From positions 14,322,001 to 14,386,000 of the forward strand of contig JAQFVV010000002.1 in NCBI GenBank assembly GCA_028023455.1: DNA of 64,000 bases, read 5' to 3'. The stretch comes from Epiperipatus broadwayi. Its lineage: Eukaryota > Animalia > Onychophora. Below the pieces are notes generated by a model. That model was not told the DNA's origin, ran no database searches, and was given only the letters and a program-made list of their open reading frames with translations. The position numbers and the translations under genes are program-made. The stretch's first letter is position 1; every line of letters begins with the position of its first letter. Shown one piece after another: positions 25,091 through 36,283 of this stretch.

Positions 25091-27141
25091 ATATTTATAA
25101 GATTTAAATAGAACTAAGGCAAAATAAATTAATTGCTTGAGATGTCAGATGATTTTGAGGTAGTTGTTTTATTGACATCCACGCCGCGGGATGTCATTGT
25201 TTGTTTTGTTTTTTTTTGAAAAAATATAGATTATGAACATTCCCAGGCCATTTTTTTTCCAATTTGAATTGCTGGTTTTTGACTTTTTTTTTATTATTTA
25301 AAAATAAATTAAACACAAATTTTATTTCATTTTTTATAGACATTTATTTTTATTAACATCAACAAATAATAAATAAATATAAAATAAAATCAATATATTG
25401 TAAAAATTCTGCGGTATATTATTACATTTGTGCTTTGGCTCGCGGCTTTTTTAAAAAACTAATTCCAACAAAATGATGAAGTTACAGTGTTTTATACACA
25501 ATTAAAGAACATAAACCAACTCAACAGTTAGTAGGCATTTTTTTGTATTGCCGCTTTTTTTAACAAATAACATCAATAAAATTATGAAGTAACACTGTTT
25601 TAAAGACAAATCACACAAACTCGCAACTTCTTAAGCTTTTTTTTTTTTTAAAAAAAAGTTAAATTTAGTAGCCTCTTTTTAAAAAGTGATGACATTTTTT
25701 TGTTTATAAAAATAACATTTTTTTTACCATTTTAAAACAAACTTCAAAGTTATTAAGCTTTTTTTTTTTTGATTACGCAAATAAATCGCAAAGTATGGGG
25801 GTGTTTATTATATCTATTGTAACAGTCAGAATCGTCTATCTCGCTAACACACTGCAGAATTCAAACCCCAGACATGAAACTGAACATTCCAGAAGGGGTT
25901 GCCTTTTAGATATACTAAGTTCGAATCTAAAGCCCAAATTTCACAGCGCCACCTACGTGATAATGCATCTGATGCTACTACTAGTATAACCTTTTACCGG
26001 TGCCTGGTGGTCAGGGAGAAACAAAAGACTCTATACTAAAATAAGCTTGGGTGGCTAATTAACGTCTATGGATTTACAAAAGAAATGCAGAAAATATATA
26101 TATAGTACCGAGACAGTGATAGGAATCAATAAAATAAGATATCAAATTTAGTTTTAAATAATTTCACAAAATTTATTTATATAAATTATATATATAACGC
26201 CACTGTCTGCTTATATGAGACAGGGACGCGTATTAAATAATTGTTGGCATTATATTCCAATAAATGACAAAAGGTTTTAAAGCAAAGTGATATATTCTAT
26301 TCCTCGGGCTAATAGCATTATGATAATGTGCTTGATGAGATAGGAAAATGTGCGAGGTGCTTTGAGCAATTATACAAGTTTAAGAAAATATTTGAAAATT
26401 AAGTGTTCTAAAACATTTTATTGATTTCGAGAATAGCACGGACAAAAGCTTACTAAGCAACAAAGTGGGAATGTGATCAAAGCATTTATTCGATAATAAT
26501 AATAATAAAGTTACATTGGGAGGTCAGTATTGCTGATAATGAATTTATTAAAGTTGGAGGGTGTGACACGTTTAAGTCACGGATGCTTTGTAAAATAAAT
26601 ATAAAAATAAAACAATATTGAATATCCAGAATGATTACGGAGGGCATCATGCCGCTAACCCGTAGGAAAGTATTTTATGAACAGCCGAAACTTAGCGACT
26701 GGGTGACAATTGCGTTTAATTCCCAGGTGTGTCACTTGGGGACACACTCTGCCTGGAAACAGCAAACGAAGAGAATGGACTTGGCCATGTAAAGAATCCT
26801 TGGAAAAGTAAAACAAAGTGGTCTCAACAACCAATTCACGTACCAGCAATACGAGACTAGTATATATAAAACATCTAAATGGGTTTTACTTGGATTAAGA
26901 GAAATGCCCAATCAAATTCCCAGAAATTCATTTAAAAGGGTCCTCACATTTTCGATGTCAATGATGAACTTTGTAATTAAAGTAGAACACGGTAATTAAA
27001 ATAGGAAAATGCATGCTTGCGGGTTTGAAAAGTAAGTATAGATTTATATACGCAATCATGCATTGGGGGACACATTTAATCATTGACCTTGCACATACTC
27101 TCATATTAGATTAAAATCAATAACATGTAGATTTTAAACTA

Positions 27142-27924
27142 TGTGATTATATTATATATTAAAGAAAAGAATCGCCCTTGAACGAGTGATTGGAAATTAT
27201 AATACAATTGGAAAATTATTTAGAAATTTAAAATATACCTTCATAGCGGCGTCTTATTTTCATCAAAGGGAATAATTCACTCGGTCAAAGACGATTCTGA
27301 CACATTATCATAATAAAATAACAGACAGCTTAATCAATAGAAAATATTAACCCAAGGATAGAGAGCGAAATGTTGAGTATATTTAAACACGTTAAAGAAA
27401 TACATAATGAAGTTATGTGAAATATAAGAAAAACAATTTTAAATAGCTATAGCATGTTAGTTATCACAAGAGCTCTTGGGTTAGTTTAGGGTTACCTCTG
27501 GAGAAGCATTTTAGGTAGATTGATGATCGGCAGGTTTTTATATAATTTAACAGCAAAATCTGGAAATGTTCATATTTTTGGCAGCGGCAGCAGTTCCGGG
27601 GTTCCTTATGTGATAGCTTCCGATGGTCTGGAGCAGCGGCCGTCTATTCAGAGGGGGACATAGCCATCTTGACGCCTCTACTCTGTCATGTCAAGGTTAG
27701 CAAATTATTAGAATAGAACTCAGAATGATTTCTCTTAGTAACATTAGAATGGAGAACAAAAGAAAACCCTCCTTTTTATAGTAGAAATTAACAATAGAAC
27801 TGCCCTGGAGCGTTGCAAAAATATATCGGACTTATCAGCTGTAATTAAATCTATCCGAATGTCTAAAGGAATTCAACATTAATTAATTTCTTTTGTTAAT
27901 TTCCCTGTCGACATTCGAATTACA
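27142..27924. mobile_element. solo LTR (783 bp), 5-bp TSD AACTA, nested in Merlin cargo
   Basis: TGTGATT ... AATTACA termini. AACTA at 27137-27141 and 27925-27929. GC-rich core with TATA-like CTATAAAAAGG and CAAGATGGC on the minus strand. Confidence 0.7.
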
Positions 27925-28743
27925 AACTAGATTTAATTAAAAATTACTTTTATTAATTAAAGAAAACCTTAAGTGGACATCTGCTGTTTTTAGATTAACT
28001 TATATAACATTAACTCATTAAACTATTGTCCCTCATTTATTTTAACAGAAATATTTGGAATGACTTTTATTAAATTAAACGAAAATTATTTTACTTTTAA
28101 ATTGCAATATTTGAATCTATTTACTAAACGAATATTTACTAATGAATTTTATTTTAAATCAAAATATATTACGACGGTAAATATATATTTGTAAATAGAT
28201 TCAAACAAAATAACTTTAACAATTTATAATTTTGATATATTTTAAAATGCATATCATAGTGTGTGCGCAATTACGACTTATATAACCTACTTTTTAATAA
28301 ATCAAAATTATGTGAACATATACATAATCTATAATCTTTTATTTATTTGCGAATGAGTTATATATATAATACGAGCATTGTTCTCATGGTTTAAAATGAG
28401 GCGGGATTTTCGGTATATAAGCGTATTGCAGACACACTACAATAGATTGGGGTTCAAACTAAGGTATGAGGGTAGGAAATAGGTGAAAAAAAGGTGAAAC
28501 GAAGATCTGCAAAGCAGACCTTACTGTTTCACTATAAAGATATTATATACAGGATAGAGTAAGGTGAATAATTCTATGTGTGGTAAATTCAAAAAATCAG
28601 ATATATTAATCTTTAATTGAGGTTTAAAGTGTATATCTGTGCTAGAGATAATGGTCTAGTTTCGAGGATGTTTAGTAATAATCATTAGTGTATTTAGCAG
28701 AAATGGATGGCGTCTAGGTTGAGAGTGGTAAATGAAAATGTAA

Positions 28744-29900
28744 CAAATAAATCACACAAACGAACTTTAAACTTAGTAGGTTTTTTTTTGGAATGCTGCT
28801 TTTTTTTTTTTTGGATACACGAATAAATAATCCAAACAAACTTTTATTGGATTGCCACTTTTTTTAAAAACAATTATCAACAAGTTCAAAGTCATTAAGC
28901 TTTTTTTTTTGGTTACATCAATAAATAACAAACTTTTTTTGGTTGCATCAATAAAAAACACAAACAAACTTTTTGGATTACCGCTTTTTTAAAAAACAGT
29001 TATCAGCAAGTTCAAAGTTATTAAGCTTTTTTTTTTTGGTTACACAAATAATTAACACAAACAAACTTTAAACTTAGTGGGCTTTTTTTTTGGATTATCG
29101 TTTTTTTTTATAAACTAAAATTAACAAAAATAAAACTTATTACGCTTTTTTTTTCCTATTACACGATAATATCTCTAATAGAATGTATTAAAACAAAACA
29201 ACTTCCTATAATAAGACTTTCAATTTTTATCACTTATACAATCGGGTATGTGAGTTGTTAGTTAATGTATACCCAGCTTCAACCAGATCAAAACTCATGC
29301 TTCTTGCAATCAATGCAAAAGATAAAATCAAGAGATCAATTACTATCTTCAAAATTCATTATTGAGGAGACTTGGAAGTTATTCCAGTTTCCTAAAAACT
29401 TAACAAAAACTATCACAACAATCATCTCTATTGAACAGTATGGACTAATACCAGTCTTCTTTAACAACCAATTGTATAACCTTTTTTTTTTTTCATTAAT
29501 ATTGTCCTTTTATAAAATGTAAACTTTGTTTAGCCTAATAAAAATTTGTTTAAAGTAAGATAAACAAATTGATAAAGGATTAAAAATAACATTGACTAAG
29601 TTTAAAAACATTTTTTTTGGTATAAAAAAAAAAAACAACAAAATTAAAACTTAGGAGACTTTTTTTTTTTTTTTTACTTGCCAATTTCTTTAAAAATTAA
29701 CCAACAAAAATAAAAGTTTTTACAAATTTTTTTTTTTTGCTATAAAGATAAACAACTTTAGAATTTGCTATAAAGATAAACAACTTTAGAAAGGTTTAAA
29801 AATAACACGAACTAACTTTAAAACTCATTTTTAATAAAATAACATCAAATATTAAAATTATGATCAATAAATTTTCAAACTTTTAGTTTAAATCAAAACT
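28744..29900. repeat. degenerate internal tandem repeats of the Merlin element (continued at 25430-25790)
   Basis: Recurring units such as aagttcaaagt(c/t)attaagcttttttt, acacaaac.aactttaaacttagt.gg and ggatt.ccgc.ttttt. Confidence 0.6.
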
Positions 29901-30007
29901 TAAAACAATTGTAAAAATAACTTTCTTCTATTTACAAAAACAACATAAAAGATTTTTAAATAAACTTTTTTTAAAATAATATGAACAAATTAAATAATTC
30001 AAGATGC

Positions 30008-30881
30008 CTACTGTCTGTTGACGTGCTGTGATAAGGACATCTCTGCAAGTATAGCCAGGAAAACATCTTCATCTTTGTGGAGATGACACCAAATAAATTC
30101 CATGTAGTTTGACAGATAGTTCCCCGTTGTTTCCTGTTGCAAGACTTTAGCAAGCCTCAAAGATGCTCAATGTTTTGGGTGTAAGTTCCTGTGGAAGTGT
30201 CCACAAAGTTGTAAGTGTGGTTGTCTGTCAGATGTGGAACCCAGCCGCCTCAAGATCAACAGTCTGAGAAGATAGTCAATCCAGATTTGATGTTATCTTT
30301 CACAGCCTGCAAATGAATGGACGCAGATCTGCAAGGAACGCATGACAAAACATTCGTGTGTCTCTTGGCACCCCCCCAAAACCATTGTGGACATAGTACT
30401 CTTCCCTGGTAGTTCTTTCTCTGGCTGAAGAGAGTTTCATCAATCTCAACTATCAAACTGGGCCCGCCGATTTGACAGCACGGTCGAGATGACAAATTCT
30501 CAGAGCACAGCTCACGCAGACCATTGGTCCAATGCAAAACGGCATTTTTGCCTAGGCCCTGACGGCTTTGACAGTTATGTGTTCACAGCTCCAGAAATAT
30601 ATTAGATGTATAGCTTTAACCAGTGTATTCTGGAGCTGTCAAACCAAGTGAGATTTCTAATGGAAACCGTCCTACTGCATGAATGAGACGAACATCTAAA
30701 CTGACATACTTTTTTCAATCCTAAATTTCATTGAGGCTCCACATTCGCATTTCTTTGAATTTGGAAGTACATTTTTGCTTTGCAAAAAGGCCACTGCATC
30801 ACATTCTGTTGTTGGTAAATCACACAATCGAAAGACGTCTGGATTTTCCTGCACCATTATTATTTTCTCGTGGAGGTTCAT
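30008..30881 (-). pseudogene. Merlin transposase (DDE_Tnp_IS1595-like), frameshifted
   Basis: N-terminal C..C zinc ribbon (KKCECGASM...FRCSSHSC), IGGPSLIVEIDETLFSQRKNYQGRV, IFSDC and HTYNFVD.STGTYTQNIEH. All three D/D/E motifs are visible but split across frames. Confidence 0.9.
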
Positions 30882-32291
30882 GAGTAAACGCTACTTAACA
30901 CGTTAACTATTTACGAGTACGTTCAAACATACGCTTGGTCAATGTTTTGCACATTAAAATTTCAATACAGAAGTGTGTAAACAGTCCGTTAATTATGAAA
31001 TACTTAAATCGCGTGATTTCAATAAATATATAAAAAAAATTAAACTAAAAATAAGAACATTTGATTACTTGAATTAAACACACCCTCACACTACACTGTA
31101 AAAAAGGGTGAAGTGTGTGATTTGGCATAAATAATTTACTGCGATGCGACAAAGCCGTCTGTAATGTGTATTACAGCAGAATTGTTGAATTACATGTAAA
31201 CACTGCTGCGAAATGTCGGCCGTGTGAACGGCAGTTTTGTGTGTTTTAGCACATAAATTGCGCCATCCCGCGGCATGGATGTCAATTAAACAACTACCGA
31301 TTTTGAGAAATGATCAAGATTTACCAGGTTTTTTTCTTCTATTGTGTTCAGTTGAAGTACCTGTGTGACAAATTCATATATAATAAAAATACCTACTAGT
31401 AGAATATTAGTAAAATTTAGAGAAAAAAGTTTATGTAAATTAGTTGTGCTATTTTTTTTTAAGGGCGGTGTGAGTGTTTCTGTTTTTTTTTTTTTTTTGC
31501 AAATTACTGCACATTATTTATCAATATCTAAAATTTAAATTTTTAATGTTCTCTAATTTCTATCATTGCTCTCACAGTTCTAATTGCTGTTTTTGAAAAG
31601 TATATTCTTGGAAAGTGTAGGTTTTTTAAAATGTATTTAGCATGAATTTGATAATTCTTTTACAGTTTTGTTTTTTTAAATACTATTTTTTTTCATAATC
31701 AAGTAACCTGTGACTTCAACATTTGCATAAAAATGTCTTTATTAATAATAAAATAGGTTTATCCATCACAAAAGTAATATGATAGAAAATTATCATTGTT
31801 ATTAAACTTAATAATTACTTTGTTTTTATGCAACTTTTATTAAAGGTCAGCCACAACAAATAATTAAAATAAGAAAACTGTGCTAATACTTATATAAACT
31901 TGGTAGGTTTTTAGTATTTTGTAGTAGGTGCTGTGGATCTTAAAACCAGCAGGCTTTTAGTATTTTTAAATATCTGTAGTAGCTGACTTTAAGTCGCTAC
32001 CTTTATTTATGAAAAACCATTGTTATAACTTGTAGTAGAATGTTGCAATATTGTAATAAAAAGATGTTTGAAAATTAAAACTAATTACAGCAAAAAATAA
32101 ATCCATAAAATTATTTGTAAATTCATGAATAATTATTATGTGAATAGTAGGATTTCATATATTCAAAAAGGATTTTGTACAAAAGAGATTGAAAATTGAA
32201 TTAAGTTAATTACTACATTAATATATGTAGGTCATTGCAACACAATTCTTTCACAAACTTATTCTGTCCATTGCAATATTTCAGCTATAAG

Positions 32292-34313
32292 CAGTGTTCC
32301 CTCTAAGCTGTGCGTGCGCAAATAAATTTTAAACATAGCGCACATGAAAAATATTCGCATGCACAAAAATTTTTTCCCCGTGCAGAAAATAAAATTGAAC
32401 CTGCATATGAAATCCATATAAAAAAAATAAAATGCAAAAAAATTGAATCAAATGTACTTTTAGATTTAAATAAACTGCCAACTATAGTATTTGTGTATAG
32501 GTATAGATAGCAGCACATTTATCGTTGATGAGAAACAAGGCTGGGAATTACCTTAACGCTTGTACGCCATACGTAAAGATTGCATCATCGTTTATCAGTG
32601 TTAAAATTGCCATATTTTTGTTAAAATTTAAATTCAAAATCATTGCCAGCTTTTATTATTGAATATATGTGTTTCAGTGATGTAATTTTGTGAAAATAAA
32701 TATTTTTAAAAGTATTTTCACAGTATAGGGTTAAAAATGAGTTTGAAAAGAAAAAGAACAGCTAATGAATTTAAAATTGAGTGGCTTAATGAATTCATGG
32801 AAACTGATACTTCGAAAAGGCATGATAAATTACAAATTCGGTTAAAAGAAATATTCGTATTTACTGAAGAAAAGGGTGTAATTTGTAATTACTGCCGAGA
32901 TGGAGAAGTACATAGTGATTTTGTTAATGGAAAAATGTGGGATTGCGTATGGAAATTGGACTTTTTAAAACTGCATTTAATTAGTAAATCACACTTAGAA
33001 AGTGTACAAAAACTGAAAAATAAGAATGCTTCATTATCAGCAACTGGTTTGGTACGGTTTTTAAAAGAAACACCAGAAGATCGCAAGAAAAAGAAATCAA
33101 ATCCTGAGGAAGTAAAAATTTTAATTGATAATCTATTATTGGCAATTAAAATGAACATATCTTTGCTTTCGGTTCGAGAATTAAATAACCACATGGCAAA
33201 ATACGTCCATATTCCAGAAAGTTGGCATAGTAAAAACTATGCTTTTTCATTTTTGGAAGTGGTGAATACTGTTGTAATAAATGAAATTAAAATGGCACAT
33301 TTTCATACATTAATTGTTAATGAAAGCACAGACATTTCTATAACCAAATGTTTAATTTTATAATTTAAGTTTAGAAAATCTGATCAATATAAAACTGTTT
33401 TTGGTGGGATAATCCAATTAAAAACATGCGATTCCTCTTCAATTTTTTCTGCAATTTTACAATTTTATGAAGATAACCAAATTGATTTGCAAAAGCTGGT
33501 TATGTTTACATCTGATGGTGCATCCGTAATGCTTGGAAAACAAAATGGTGTAGCAGCTAAATTAAAGCTGTACCACATTTGGTGCAACAACATTGTGTTG
33601 CACACCGAGAAAATTTATGTATTTTGGATGCATGGAAAGAAGTAAAAGCCACAAGAGAAATCGAAACAGTGGTGAGAACTGTTTATACATTATTCTCAAG
33701 ATCTTCGACAAAAACAAGTAAATTTAAGGAGATTATTGAAGCTTCACAAAATAAATCTATAGCTTTCCAAGCTATTAATGAGGTAAGGTGGTTGTCAAGA
33801 CATTTTCCAATAAAAGCAATTATTACAAATTATGAATCATTAATTGAATATTTTAATCAAGATAAAGATGATCCAATTTCCAAATTTTGTTTGAAAAACT
33901 TAAGCAACATTGAATTTCAAATAAATTTAGAAACTTTTGTTTTCAATTTTAGAAGAACTCAGTGCTTTATGTCAAATTTTTCAACGCTGTGAATTAACAC
34001 CCATAGATGCTTTTCAATTTGTTCGTGCAAAAATTAATAAAATCAAGGAAAAACATTTTGGAAACATGGCATGGACAATAAAATAAGCGTGCTTTTAAAA
34101 AAGGCTAATGATTTAAATATAACTATAAAAACAGATGATATGTTAAAATTTAGTAATTTATTATGTGAAAATTTGGAAGAAAGGTTTCCAATGGATGAAG
34201 TAGAAGATTGGATATCCTTTGATGTTTCCAGTTTATTATCCTGCGATTTTAATTACGGACTAGCGGAAATTGAAAAATTGTGTTTAATTATTGCTAATTA
34301 TTTATTAAACTAG
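32292..34313 (+). mobile_element. hAT (Tip100/ZNF862-like) transposon, left TIR only, 3' truncated
   Basis: Starts CAGTGTTCCCTCTAAGC (hAT-type end). Transposase relic downstream. No right TIR found. Confidence 0.8.
32737..34313 (+). pseudogene. hAT transposase (ZNF862-like), broken into 3-4 ORFs
   Basis: ORFs 32737..33363, 33579..33992 and 34071..34313 with motifs C..C...H (TTF-type finger), IVNESTD (first catalytic D replaced by N), FTSDGASVMLG, QHCVAHRENL and EVRWLSR. Confidence 0.88.
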
Positions 34314-34399
34314 AGACTATTCCTATATGTATAAAATATTTTTGATCAGTTTTAAATAAAATTGTTGATAAATAACTTACGATTAAATAAAATTCATTT

Positions 34400-35400
34400 A
34401 CAGCACCAAACTAGTTTTCATTCCTTATAAGTAGCTTATCAAAATATCTCCTAATTATCACATGACAAATTATTCTATAACAACTGTCTACTATAGTCAT
34501 CTTTAAAAATATAATACATTAGTATATATACATTTTTAAATAAATATAAATTTATTACTTTCTATTTTATAGTGTACAAATCAAGTCTACATAAAAAATA
34601 TTTTAAAATACGTGTTTAAAGTTTCCAATCATTTTTCACCTAATTGCCTTGGATCTTTAATCATATACTTCATATAAATTAATCATTTACTTCATATAAA
34701 TTTATAATGGAGAATAGTAGAAGTATTGTTAGTGCATTTAAGAAATTTAGTAATAATAAAATGAATATTAGATTTACAATGGAAAAGAAAGGGAATTAAA
34801 ATAATCAAACTTTTTTTTTAAAAAAAAGAATTTAATTGAGAAATACTTATAATATATTAAAGATATAAAAAAGAGAGAGAGAATTGAATCTTGGAAAGAA
34901 ATTGAAAGTGATTATACAAAATTAAAGAAAAATTTTGAATAATTAAGATACAAAAGTAAAAAAAAAACGTATATGAAAATAAATGGGTGTTAATACCATA
35001 TTCAATAGATATTTATAAGACATTGATTAAAAGTTGCTACTTGATATTAAAATAGGATATAAAATTAATAGATCTTTAGGAAAATGGATATTTAATACTA
35101 AAAATAGTGGTATTATTAAAAATGAAGTAGAAATGATTTATTAATTTAATTGCAGTCATTGCAATATTATTTATGATAGAACAAATAAAATCAAGGTTAT
35201 ATATTTATTTTTTAGACACCAATCACAGAATGAATTTTGAAAAGAATATACAAGTTATAAAATATATTGAAAACCATGAAGAAAGATGTTATAAGCCTTT
35301 GTATATTCAGGAAAATATGGTAAATCTATAAATATGGATAAAGATCCAGTGACACTTAAGAGAAAAATTGGAAAACTTTAAACATTTACATACATTCGAT
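34400..35400. mobile_element. decayed Penelope-like remnant
   Basis: On +: NIRFTMEK.. (similar to RT NIKFTME.E) at about 34760 and Y*FNCSHCNIIY (GIY-YIG-like) at about 35140. A possible inverted piece lies at 34400-34690. Confidence 0.45.
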
Positions 35401-35610
35401 TTGTACACTATAAAATAGAAAATAATAGATTTATATTTATTTATATGTATATTTTATCTTTAGTGTGTTATATTTTTTAATGATGATCAATAAAGAGTTG
35501 TTATATAAGTGCAGTATCACATTCTTTCATTGAAAAAATAGAAATGAGAATGGAGAATTACAATTAAAACATGGTATTGAAATTTTTTAGAAAAAAAAAG
35601 TTTTCCACAG

Positions 35611-35657
35611 ACTTACTCAAAATTAATAACATCATTGACGCCAAGCATGCATCATCA
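35611..35657 (+). CDS. weak candidate short exon (phase 1 to phase 0)
   Basis: ttttccacag| (D)LLKINNIIDAKHASS |GTAAAA. Frame-compatible with exon 36110-36283. Confidence 0.25.
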
Positions 35658-36109
35658 GTAAAAACCATTATTATTTTTTTGTTTTAACTTTTTTTTTTTT
35701 AGTTAGGGTGACCATACTTTTTTAAAAGCAATTGCTATTAATAAAAATAAATATTGTTATTATATTTATAATGATTTTATGGATAATTTATAAGTACTAA
35801 AAAGAAAAAATAATGTGGAATTAATATAGGAGAAAAAAAACTAACAACAATATACTCTTTCTAAATGAATAAGAGATGAATTACTTTTGAATTTTTATTA
35901 CTTTTGATTTTGAGTATTATTAGGTATTTTGAATCACAACTTAATTCATATTTTTTCTATATATATTTTTTCAATTAAACCATTTTTTCTGTATATAACT
36001 TGTATTATTTGTAAATAAATCATTATTTATGTATTTATTTATATGTGTGTGTAAATTGTCTATGTATATGTAGTTCTATACATTTATATATATATATATT
36101 GATTTTTAG

Positions 36110-36283
36110 CCGCCTATTATGCCACCTGTAGGATCTCTTTATCCTCAATTTGCTAATGGAATCCCTCCCCAGATACATCTTTCTCATTTATATAACAATG
36201 CCACCATGTCTCACTTAGTGACATCTGATTGGAATAATCGAATTAAACTTTCAACTAATGATTCTTTACAAGATAATAAAGTG
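36110..36283 (+). CDS. coding exon (phase 0 to phase 0, 58 codons) of unidentified host gene
   Basis: Acceptor gatttttag|, consensus donor GTG|GTAAGT, GC-richer than the flanks, open frame PPIMPPVGSLYPQFANGIPPQIHLSHLYNNATMSHLVTSDWNNRIKLSTNDSLQDNKV. Confidence 0.65.

Larger units (their letters stand above)
25159..31298 (-). mobile_element. Merlin (IS1595/ISXO2-like) DNA transposon, 6.1 kb, 8-bp TSD GATTTTGA
   Basis: About 36-bp TIRs GGTAGTTGTTT(TT/A)ATTGACATCCA(C/T)GCCGCGGGATG. GATTTTGA at 25151-25158 and 31299-31306. GG...CC termini and a Merlin transposase relic inside. Confidence 0.9.

Noticed and set aside
35704-35717. TAGGGTGACCATAC, hAT-Blackjack-like terminus
   Set aside because: Lone end. 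No partner TIR, TSD or coding remnant found.
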